A stretch of 64,000 bases of DNA from NCBI RefSeq assembly GCF_964204865.1, contig NC_135251.1, positions 19,282,001-19,346,000 on the forward strand, given 5' to 3'. The notes below the pieces were generated by a model that saw nothing but the letters and a program-made list of their open reading frames with translations, did no database searches and had not been told where the DNA came from. Shown in pieces: positions 53,788-64,000 of the stretch. This DNA is from Styela clava (lineage: Eukaryota). Position numbers and translations under genes: made by a program. Positions within the stretch are counted from its first letter, which is position 1; each line of letters opens with the position of its first letter.

Positions 53788-54921
53788 ATGAATTTTGGGA
53801 ACAAAACGGTCGCTACAAATCAGATGCTGAACAATGGCAGTTGGAATTCCAGCGAATCCGCAACAAACAAAACGTTTATGGAAGATAATTCGACAGCGGC
53901 ATCAAATCAAACATTCAACATTAGCGATGGAGATTCGAACGATTACTTGATCAATGTATTACTGGCGTTATCACAAGCAGTTGAAGCAATTCTCTGTTTA
54001 CTATGCTGCTGGCTGTTAGCGAGTTTTGTTTTTTACTGTATCCAGAATGGGAAATGGAAAAGCAGGCAAACGACAAGCTTTTTCAATGGAAGCCTTTTGC
54101 ACATTATTTATACGATGATTCCAGTATTCCTCATTCAAAAATTTATGATAACGCAAGTATACATCTGGGCACCTCGAGGTGCAAACTCTCCATTTCTATG
54201 TAATGTAGTAGATAATGTGGCAAAGAGTTATGACTTGATTATAATATATCTTGTTTATTGCTTCTTATGGGTGAGACAAAGGGTAATTTATGATCAAAGC
54301 CCGACCACAGGAAAATGTATCAATTTTTTGAGTTGGGGAATATTTGCGACGCTTTCTTCTCATTTGCTTCTACTTATGAATATTTTAATTATATTTGATA
54401 ATCAAGAGCCGATATCACAAGGATGTGTGATAGGTGAAAGCAAAATAATACACTTGTATCCTATCATGTTCTTTCCGTTTTTCTTAGCTCAGCTCAGCCT
54501 TCTTGGCTTGTTCGTCTATCCCGTTGTAAAGAATGCCATGGAATACAAATCAAAAAACCAAGGCTCAAAATGGATCATGATTTTATGCAATACAGGAACT
54601 TCGAAGCCTGGTGAAATACAAAAAACAATTCGGCGTATACTCACCTGGGCATGTGTTGCTGTTTTCACGGACATCATATTTCTTGTGGTAAATTCCCTCT
54701 TAATTCCAGAACACTTTCCTTCTTCAATTCGCGCGGCAACAGCAGATATGATGCTTTTTATCGATGTCGTTTGTATACTCATGACTTTCAAAGATAGATG
54801 GCAAATATTGAAGGGTTTCTTCCTGCGGAAACAAAACAAGTTAACTTCTCTACCACAGACAAGGCGCTTTGTGGCGGAAACAGACAAACACGTTGGTTCG
54901 TGGTGTGAGGAAGCGGCATAA
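53788..54921 (+). CDS. Orphan intronless 7TM receptor-like protein, copy B (377 aa)
   Basis: Paralog of copy A, with an in-frame 21-nt deletion in the C-tail. Confidence 0.85.
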   Translation: MNFGNKTVATNQMLNNGSWNSSESATNKTFMEDNSTAASNQTFNISDGDSNDYLINVLLALSQAVEAILCLLCCWLLASFVFYCIQNGKWKSRQTTSFFNGSLLHIIYTMIPVFLIQKFMITQVYIWAPRGANSPFLCNVVDNVAKSYDLIIIYLVYCFLWVRQRVIYDQSPTTGKCINFLSWGIFATLSSHLLLLMNILIIFDNQEPISQGCVIGESKIIHLYPIMFFPFFLAQLSLLGLFVYPVVKNAMEYKSKNQGSKWIMILCNTGTSKPGEIQKTIRRILTWACVAVFTDIIFLVVNSLLIPEHFPSSIRAATADMMLFIDVVCILMTFKDRWQILKGFFLRKQNKLTSLPQTRRFVAETDKHVGSWCEEAA

Positions 54922-55723
54922 TGCAGCGGATTGGTTTCGAACATTATCAGAATTATGTTAATCCTAGCTAAAATATGAATGAATATTTTACATATTGTAT
55001 TTATTATAAATTTTCATTGTTCTTATTTTAAATGTTGTGTATATGAATCAATAAATTCTTTTTGTCTTTCCATGTAGTTTACCTTCTGTTAAGTAGTTCC
55101 GCCTCTATTCTTACGTAACATAGAAAAGACTTTCTGCATTTTCGTCAGCAGCAGTTTATTTACCTGCTGAACCGAGTATGGCGAACATGAGTGTTTTTTA
55201 GGCATTTCAAAGGGAAATCAGGCAGAGATAAGGAAGAAGAGTTGACCTTCTGCATTTTATTTTCAGGCCTACATGTTCACAAACTTTTAAAGGCATGAAG
55301 TATAAATTAACGATCACAAAATTGAGTTTTATTCAAAAGCAGCGTTTTTTTCGTGTCAGGGCGCCGTGAGTTTTTTCCTTGATAATTTGGCGCCGCGTGA
55401 ACAAAAAGTTGCAAGGCTATTACATTTTTGTGTTCATATATTTGAGTATAGCTCTCTTGTTTCTGTAACCATAACCAATCAATATTAACTCAAAAAAGAC
55501 GTAACAATTATAATTTGTGTAGCCGCTTCTGTTGCTCAGACAAACATTCAAACATGACTATTAACATTGCCTCGTTTTCAAAGTTTTGCGTGTTATTTGT
55601 CAGTTTCAGTTGTGTTTCCGAAAAATATTTGTATATCAAATTACTTAATCGATATCATGTCTTCAGATTAGCTTTAGTTTATTTGAAATATTCAAAAATT
55701 AGTCTTGCTGCAATAGACTAGGC

Positions 55724-56155
55724 CAGGGGCGAAAATTTTCTATGTCTTAAAAACTTTGCAACTGCATTACTCTCCATGTTTTCATCCACATATGCTTGTG
55801 AATCTATGTTCTTTAATATGCACTATATCAAGTCTGTAGCCTGATAAATGAAACCGATAGTTCGTGTACTTCTCTGAAAATTACAAACCATCAACCCAAT
55901 GTAAAATCTCTATCAGCGGCAATGCAGCAGCAGTCTCACTAATATAGAATGAAAAAAGTAATCAAATCTATTTTTTGGACTGATATTTTCCCAAATAGTG
56001 AATCTGTCTGTACATGTTTAAAAGGTCAATTGTTGTGTATCATTGCTTTGAAATTAGCAAAGAATTATATTTAATTGTGGTCGGCACGCGGAAGAATTTT
56101 GTCGTTAAATTTAACCGATTTTAGCACGCGAGCCGGAAAAGGTTGCCCACCCCTG
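55724..56155. mobile_element. hAT MITE (duplicate at 62664-63083)
   Basis: CAGGGG ... CCCCTG termini with perfect TSD GACTAGGC in both duplication copies. Confidence 0.75.
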
Positions 56156-59013
56156 GACTAGGCTAAAATGAGCTATCAGTAAATTTGAGCAACACGTGGT
56201 TGTAACATCCGGATCTATTTTAGAAAGCCCCTGGCACTAATGCAAAAATGCAAGATTGAGGAAAACCCACCCTCGCCACTTTTCAAAATAAAAATATATA
56301 TTATTAAATATCCAGTTAGGGTTAGGGCGAAGAACGATTTGAATTTCTAACGAAATCTGCATTACTAACCCTAACTGTATCATTACTAATTATTTTGAGA
56401 GTTGGCGGTAATTATTTTTATGGCGGGGACTTTGTACAAAGGATACAAACATTTTAAATGAATGCTTCAAACATGTACACGACATTACAAAGGTCAACTC
56501 TCAAAACCAGCTAAAAAACTTGTTGCGATACTAAGGCACAAAGAGAAGTTTTATGGAACCAAGGGTCGGGAATCGTTTAAAGAACTTTAGTGTCTCCAAG
56601 TAAAGATATAAAGGCGAAGTGTTAATATTTTCTGACCTTTTAACAGGTGTTTATTTACATTAGAGTTTCATGTAAACTGGTAAGACTGTAAGAGGCACGC
56701 GATGGAGCAGATACTAGGAGTATCCATCCCCTAGCTGTCATTTGAGTGGGTACTGCTGTTTTTATTGCAGATGGTACTGATCTTTTCGTATTAAAGATTT
56801 ACTGGAAGCCGATTTAAGGATGTTGAAAACCAACACGCAATATTACAAAACTTACTTTCAACACGCGGTTTGAATGAATGAAAAAGCTGAAACTAGTATT
56901 CTTTAGAACAGAATACTGGTCTAATAATTCCACTGGTCTAAAGTTACAGTACATTCCCATATCACAAAATTTTCTGCGACACCTGTGGGCTCGTTAATGC
57001 CATAATTATTTAACCGTTTCGATCACGTAATGTGTTTGAGCTGAAATATACTGGGTTTTAAGTAGGAATTCTTAAACGAAATCTCGGCGGCTAAATGGTA
57101 ATGCTATTGAGCAATATTGCTAGTTACTTATCGATCTTAAGATCGGTAAGTATGTTAATAGGTATTTGTCTGTTTGTTTGTTTGTCTGTTCGATGAACGC
57201 GATATCTCACGGAGGAGAGGAATTGAAATCGCAGTTTCGATCGATAAGTCTTCGGTCTCCGACTGATATTCTCGTTAGCATATTAGGAGGTTTTTAGTCT
57301 AAATGAATAATTAGTAATCCATAACACATGTGAGAAACAATCATCAATAATAAATTAAAATGATCTTCGTAATATTTAGGAACAAAATCACTATCCTTAA
57401 GGTTTCTATTCTGCGACATTACGCTAACAAATTATTGAAATAAGATTTTACGAATGCATTATTAATTAGCGCAGTGGTTCCCAATCTTTTTTGGTCGCGG
57501 CCCGCTATTGAGCTCTTTAAATATTCGCGGCACACCTATCACAAAACATGAACATCATTATTAATACATTCGTAAAATCTTATTTTAATACGTAATTTGT
57601 TAGCGTCATAACGCGGAATAGACATCTTGAAATTGTTGATTTTGTGTTTAAATATTCGAAGATTATTTCAATGTAATATTGATGATTGTTTCTCACATGT
57701 CTTACGATTACTAATTATTTATTTAGAATAAAACCTCGTAATGTGCCAACGAGCAGTATTGCTTAATAGCATTGCCATTTAGCCGCCGAGATTTCGTTTA
57801 CGAATTCCTTCTTAAAACCCAATATATTTCAGCTCAAACAGATTACGTGATCGAAACGGTTAAATAATTATGGCATTAACGAGTTCACAGGTGTCGTAGT
57901 AAATTTTGTGATATGGGAATGTAATGTAACTCTAGACCAGGCTTCCAATCTATTAGGGCTCGTGGCCCACTTCCGGGGTATTTTAGCACTCATGGCCTTC
58001 CTGTTTATCATTCCAGTGGTATTTATAGTGTTATTTTGATTGCTTGATTCTTAACCTCATTATGTTCAAACAATTCATTCACAAATACATGAAAACATCA
58101 TGTGAAATATCGTTATCAAAATATGAAACTAGGAAGAACTTGGAGTTTTCTTGTAACGGGAAAAGTAAAATCGGTTTTGCGCTTAGCATTGTGACCCCCG
58201 TCCAACTGCTCAGTTGCCCTCATGGAATTCTGCGATCCCCGGTTGGAAACCGCTGACCTAGACCTTCATTCATCACCAATGGTGTTCGTGTCTGTGATAT
58301 ATATTTATATGAATTGAACGCAGTCAGGGGAGTTGAGGGCCGAAGCCCCCATCCTTCTGAAATGCAAATCTATATCGTACATGCAAATCTAAATCGTACA
58401 TAGATGCTAGATCTTTTTAGATCCCCGAGACCCTTGAAAATCCACGTTTTCCGGACCCGCTAGCTGACACGGTCTAACTTGGCAATTACAATTTTCAGAA
58501 TTCCTCCTACCAGCTGAAATTTTCTGGCTACGCCCTTTGTATGAATACCACCTGTTCAGTATCTTCTTCAACAGCCATTTTACCGATGTCGTCATTTGTT
58601 CTGAGAAAAAAGGGTATTCGCGAGGGTACTATTTTCGGTTTGTCTTGACTATAATTAATTCGCATTATCAATATAAAAACCGGTTTGTTTTAGCTAAAAA
58701 ATTCACTTAATATTTGTTAAGCTAATTCCTAATATAATAATATAGTAGTTGATTAAGAAAAGTACTGGGGCGGTCATAATGGCTAATTTTATTCTTCAAT
58801 TCGAGGGCGTGATGACACAAATTTTTTTGTATAATGACGCAATTCTCCGCTGACTCGTGCTTTTTGCCCCGAACAAATCCAGATATAAGTAGCCACTGAT
58901 ATTCAACAATATCTTAAAGAATCACTCTGTAGGCGTACTTCACTGTCGCAGTTATCCAAAGAATATAAAGATCTCATTTTCATCCATCTCGTTTGGTTCA
59001 TTTGGTGAAAGGA

Positions 59014-59100
59014 TTATTGATAGCAAGTCGGGAAACTGGGATTCCGACTGCCATTGTTCAGCACCTGATTTATAGCAACTGTTTTGTTTCCGAAATTCAT
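59014..59100 (-). pseudogene. 5' stub of the orphan 7TM family (duplicate)
   Basis: Same 28-codon stub as 51789-51875. Confidence 0.8.
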
Positions 59101-60706
59101 TTACTTTGAAAAACATTAAAAATCCTAATTTCAAACATAGGGTACCATGCAAAATTTGCTACTAGAATTTTAATATTCTGGAAGGATTGATATTGCTAGG
59201 GAATAAACGGCAATGCAATACAGATATTATGAAACACATGCACTAATACTAACTAATAATGCATTCGTAAAATCTTATTTCAATACGTAATTTGTTAGCG
59301 TCATAGCGCAGAATAGATACCTTAAGGATAGTGATTTTGTTCTCAAATATTCGAAGATGTTTTCAATCTATCATTGATGATTGTTTTTCCTGTGTTCTAC
59401 GATAACTAATTATTTAGTTAGAATAAAACCTCGTAATGTGCTAACGTGCAGTATTGCTTAATAGCATTACCATTTGCGAATTCCTTCTTGAAACCCAATA
59501 TATTTCAGCTCAAACAAATTAGGCGATGGCAATGGTTAAATGATTATGGCATTAACAAGCACACAGATGTCGTAGAAACTTTTGTGATATGGGAATGTAA
59601 TGTAATTCTATACCAGTGGTCCCCAACCTATTAGGGCCCGTGGCCACTTCCGGGGGGTTTTCGCTCATGGCCTCCCTTACCATTCCAGTGGTATTTATAG
59701 TGTTACTTTGATTGCTTGATTTCTAACCTTATTATGTTCAAACAATTCATTCACAAATACATGAAAACATCCTGTGAAATAATCTCATCAAGCAATGAAA
59801 CTAGAAAGAACTAGGAGTTTTCTTGTGAAGGGAAATGTAATATCGGGTTTGCGCCTAGCTTTGTGACCCCCGTCCAACTGCTCAGTTGCCTTCTTGGAAT
59901 TATGCGGTCCCTGGTTGTAAACCACTGACCTAGACCTCATTGTGTATCATACATAACGAAGATTAGTAGCTTGAAGCGCTTTTTAGAACCTCAAGACTCT
60001 TGAGAACCCACGTTTTCCGGCCATCGGCTGGACCCACTAGAATAGCTGATATGGTCTAACTTGACAATCAGAGAAGTTTTGAACGCAATATTTTTTGTAT
60101 GATGACGCAATACTCCGCTCACTCGTGCTTTTTGCCTCGAACAAATCCAGATATAAGTAGCCACTGATATTTAACTTAAAGAAATCGCTTTATAGGCGTA
60201 CTTCGCTGTCGAAGATATCCAAGACAAGCGCGCATTTTAATCTATTTCGTTTGATTCATGTGGTGAAGGGACTATAGATAGGAAGCCAGGAAAAGTCCGG
60301 TTTTCAGTGAATCGTTGAACAATATAGCAACATGGTGTTGGAAAAGGCGTATGAATTTACGTCTTACTGCAAATGCCGCAAAATTGCATTACAAAAAATG
60401 TTAAAAAGTAATCCATAACACATGTGAGAAACAATCATCAATAATAGATTGAAAAGATCTTTGGGACTTTATTAACAAAGTCAACTTATTTAAGGTTTCA
60501 ATGACGCGAACAAATTACCTATTGAAATAAGCTTTTACGAATGTATTATTAATTAGCGCATGTGTTTCATGATATATATCGCCTTGCCTGGTATTTTCTG
60601 GCACTGTCAGTACTTGTACAAGACCGAATTGCTAGTAGCCAATTTTATATGATACTTCGTATTTGAATCCGGTTTCTTTCCTCGTTTGATAGGAAAGTAA
60701 AATAGA

Positions 60707-61861
60707 ATGAATTTTGGGAACAAAACGGTCGCTACAAATCAGATGCTGAACAATGGCAGTTGGAATTCCAGCGAATCCGCAACAAACAAAACGTTTATGG
60801 AAGATAATTCGACAGCGGCATCAAATCAAACATTCAACATTAGCGATGGAGATTCGAACGATTACTTGATCAATGTATTACTGGCGTTATCACAAGCAGT
60901 TGAAGCAATTCTCTGTTTACTATGCTGCTGGCTGTTAGCGAGTTTTATTTTCTACTGTATCCAGAATGGGAAATGGAAAAGCAGGCAAACGACAAGCTTT
61001 TTCAATGGAAGTCTTTTGCACATTATTTATACGATGATTCCAGTATTCCTCATTCAAAAATTTATGATAACGCAAGTATACATCTGGGCACCTCGAGGTG
61101 CAAACTCTCCATTTCTATGTAATGTAGTAGATAATGTGGCAAAGAGTTATGACTTGATTATAATATATCTTGTTTATTGCTTCTTATGGGTGAGACAAAG
61201 GGTAATTTATGATCAAAGCCCGACCACAGGAAAATGTATCAATTTTTTGAGTTGGGGAATATTTGCGACGCTTTCTTCTCATTTGCTTCTACTTATGAAT
61301 ATTTTAATTATATTTGATAATCAAGAGCCGATATCACAAGGATGTGTGATAGGTGAAAGCAAAATGATACACTTGTATCCTATCATGTTCTTTCCGTTTT
61401 TCTTAGCTCAGCTCAGCCTTCTTGGCTTGTTCGTCTATCCCGTTGTAAAGAATGCCATGGAATACAAATCAAAAAACCAAGGTTCAAAATGGATCATGAT
61501 TTTATGCAATACAGGAACTTCGAAGCCTGGTGAAATACAAAAAACAATTCGGCGTATACTCACCTGGGCATGTGTTGCTGTTTTCACGGACATCATATTT
61601 CTTGTGGTAAATTCCCTCCTAATTCCAGAACACTTTCCTTCTTCAATTCGCGCATCAACAGCAGATACGATGCTTTTTGTCGATGTCATTTGTATACTCA
61701 TGACTTTCAAAGATAGATGGCAAATATTGAGAGGTTTCTTCCAGCGGAAACAAAACAATGTTACTGACGTCCCTACCAAGTTAACTTCTCTACCACAGAC
61801 AAGGCGCTTTGTGGCGGAAACAGACAAACACGTTGGTTCATGGTGTGAGGAAGCGGCATAA
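60707..61861 (+). CDS. Orphan intronless 7TM receptor-like protein, copy C (384 aa)
   Basis: Differs from copy B by ~8 substitutions plus the 7-aa indel. Confidence 0.85.
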   Translation: MNFGNKTVATNQMLNNGSWNSSESATNKTFMEDNSTAASNQTFNISDGDSNDYLINVLLALSQAVEAILCLLCCWLLASFIFYCIQNGKWKSRQTTSFFNGSLLHIIYTMIPVFLIQKFMITQVYIWAPRGANSPFLCNVVDNVAKSYDLIIIYLVYCFLWVRQRVIYDQSPTTGKCINFLSWGIFATLSSHLLLLMNILIIFDNQEPISQGCVIGESKMIHLYPIMFFPFFLAQLSLLGLFVYPVVKNAMEYKSKNQGSKWIMILCNTGTSKPGEIQKTIRRILTWACVAVFTDIIFLVVNSLLIPEHFPSSIRASTADTMLFVDVICILMTFKDRWQILRGFFQRKQNNVTDVPTKLTSLPQTRRFVAETDKHVGSWCEEAA

Positions 61862-62663
61862 AGCAGCGGATTGGTTTCGAAAATTATCAGAATTATGTTA
61901 ATCCTAGCTAAAACATGAATGAATATGTCACATATTGTATATATTATAAATTTTTATTGTTGTTATTTTAAATGTTGTGTATATGAATCAATAAATTCAT
62001 TTTGTCTTTCCATGTCGTTTACCTTCTGTTAAGTAGTACCGCCTCTATTCTTACGTTACATAGACAAGACTTGCTGCATTTTCGTGAGCTGCAGTTTATT
62101 AACCTGATGAACCGAATATGGCGAACATGAGTGTTTTTTAGGCATTCCAAAAGGAAATCAGGCAGAGATAAGAAAGAAAAGTTGACCTTCTGCATTTTAT
62201 TTTCAGGCCTACATGTTTACAAACTTTTAAAGGCATGATAATATACATTAATGATCACAAAAGTGAGTTTTATTCAAAAGCAGCGTTTTTTTCGTGTCAG
62301 GGCGCCGTGAGTTTTTTCCTTGATAATTTGGCGACGCATGAACAAAAAGTTGCAAGGGTATTACATTTTTGTGTTCATATAATTGAGTATAGCTCTCCTG
62401 TTCCTGTAACCATAACCAATCAATATCAACTCAAAAATGACGTACCAATTATAATTTGTGTAGCCGCTTCTGCTGCTCAGACAAACATGACTATTAACAT
62501 TGCCTCGTTTTCATAGTTTTGCGTGGTATTTGTCAGTTTCAGTTGTGTTTCCGAAAAATATTTGTATAGTAAATTACTTTCCTAAAAATCGTTATCATGT
62601 CTTCAGAATAGCTTTAGTTTATTTGAAATATTCAAAAATTAGTCTTGCTGCAAAAGACTAGGC

Positions 62664-63083
62664 CAGGGGCGAAAATTTTCTATGTCCTAAAAAATTTGCA
62701 ACTGCATTACACTCCATGTTTTCATCTACATATGCTTGTGAATCTATGTTCTCAGTTATGAACTATATCAAGTCTGTAGCCTGATAAATGAAACCGATAG
62801 TTCGTGTACTTCTCTGAAAATTACAAACCATCAACCCAATGTAAAATCTCTATCAGCGGCAATGCAGCAGCAGTCTCACTGATATAGAATGAAAAAAGTA
62901 ATCAAATCTATTCGTTGGACTGATATTTACCCAAATAGTGAATTTGTCTGTACATGTTTAAAAGGTCAATTGTTGTGTATCATTGCTTTGAATTATATTT
63001 AATTGTGGTCGGCACGCGGAAGAATTTTGTCGTTAAACTTAACCGATTTTAGCACGCGAGCCGGAAAAGGTTGCCCACCCCTG
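62664..63083. mobile_element. hAT MITE (duplicate of 55724-56155)
   Basis: Same termini and TSD GACTAGGC. Confidence 0.75.
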
Positions 63084-64000
63084 GACTAGGCTAAAATAAG
63101 CTATCAGTAAATTTGAGCAACACGTGGATGTAACATCCGGATCTATTTTACAAAACCCCTGGCACTAATGCAAAAATGCAAGATTTAGGAAAACCCACCC
63201 TCGCTACTTTTCAAAATAAAAATATTTTTAAATATCCAGTTAGGGTTAGGGCGAGGAACGATATGAATTTCTAACGAAATCTGCATTACTAACCCTAACT
63301 GGATAATTACTAATTATTTTGAGAGTTGGCGGGAATTATTTATATGGCGGGAACTTCGTACAAAAGGTACAAACATTTTAAATGAATACTAAAACATGTA
63401 CACGGCATTACAAACGTCAACTCTCAAAACCAGCTGAAAAACTTGTTGCGATACTAAGGCACAAAGAGAAGTTTTATGGGATCAAGGGTCGGGAATCGTT
63501 TAAAGAACTTTAGTGTCTCCATGTAAAGATATAAAGGCGAAGTGTTAATATTTTCTGACCTTGTAACAGGTGTTTATTTACATCAGAGCTTTATTTTCTT
63601 CAGTGTTTTTTTGTGTGTGAACCTGATGTTATACTATATTTTAAGCTTACATAATTAGTAAGATATTTCATTTAGCTTTTCTGATTTTTTTTTATTGGTC
63701 GAAAAGCAATCTTGACTGAGTAAATACATGTATAAGGTACTCTGTATTGGTAACGGATCCGTACCGGTACCTGTACAAGAGTAACCGGTAAGGTCATCGT
63801 TGCCGTTTACTGATAATGTTGAAAGCCAGCGTAAAAGACAGTAGATTCCGAACTCTAAAATTTCAAATTACATATTTGAACCTTGAGTGTCGCTGCTCGA
63901 TAACCAGCTTTGGTTGCCCGCGACTTCCCTTCCCCAGCCCAGTAAATTTGTTTAATTTTTCATTGTCTCGTAGTTTGTGTTCAATTTTTTTTTGGTTGGA

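Larger units (their letters stand above)
48546..56667 (+). repeat. Segmental duplication, copy 1 (partner 56930-63588)
   Basis: Collinear high identity from CCACTGGTCTAAAG to TTTATTTACAT.AGAG, including the 7TM gene, the stub and shared MITEs. Confidence 0.92.
56930..63588 (+). repeat. Segmental duplication, copy 2
   Basis: Collinear with 48546-56667; lacks the 48810-49978 element and ~325 bp corresponding to 52846-53170. Confidence 0.92.

Noticed and set aside
56316-56375. Telomeric TTAGGG repeats (also ~63240)
   Set aside because: Only two units, inside a dispersed repeat related to ~28610-28850; not an interstitial telomere.

Overview
AT-rich, intron-containing animal genomic DNA; the gene content points to an ascidian or other tunicate (inference). 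From left to right: (1) a complete 6-exon PXYLP1/ACPL2 histidine phosphatase gene (-); (2) a 5'-truncated CR1/L2-type LINE with an intact RT frame; (3) a tRNA-derived SINE nested in a hAT-type MITE; (4) a ~22-exon LDLa-repeat GPCR with no LRRs (-); (5) a divergently oriented 2-exon, 798-aa class A GPCR with a signal peptide, mucin stalk and an unrecognised 10-Cys ectodomain (+); (6) a 169-bp satellite; (7) a rearranged array of intronless orphan 7TM genes carrying a YCFLWVRQ motif. The array has three intact copies, two 5' stubs, nine copies of an upstream module, and inverted and tandem segmental duplications. Its N-termini are almost identical while TM2-TM5 show many more replacement than silent changes. 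This array is the best candidate for an undescribed system, possibly a rapidly diversifying chemosensory or recognition receptor family. All exon joins and difference counts were done by eye and need computational confirmation.
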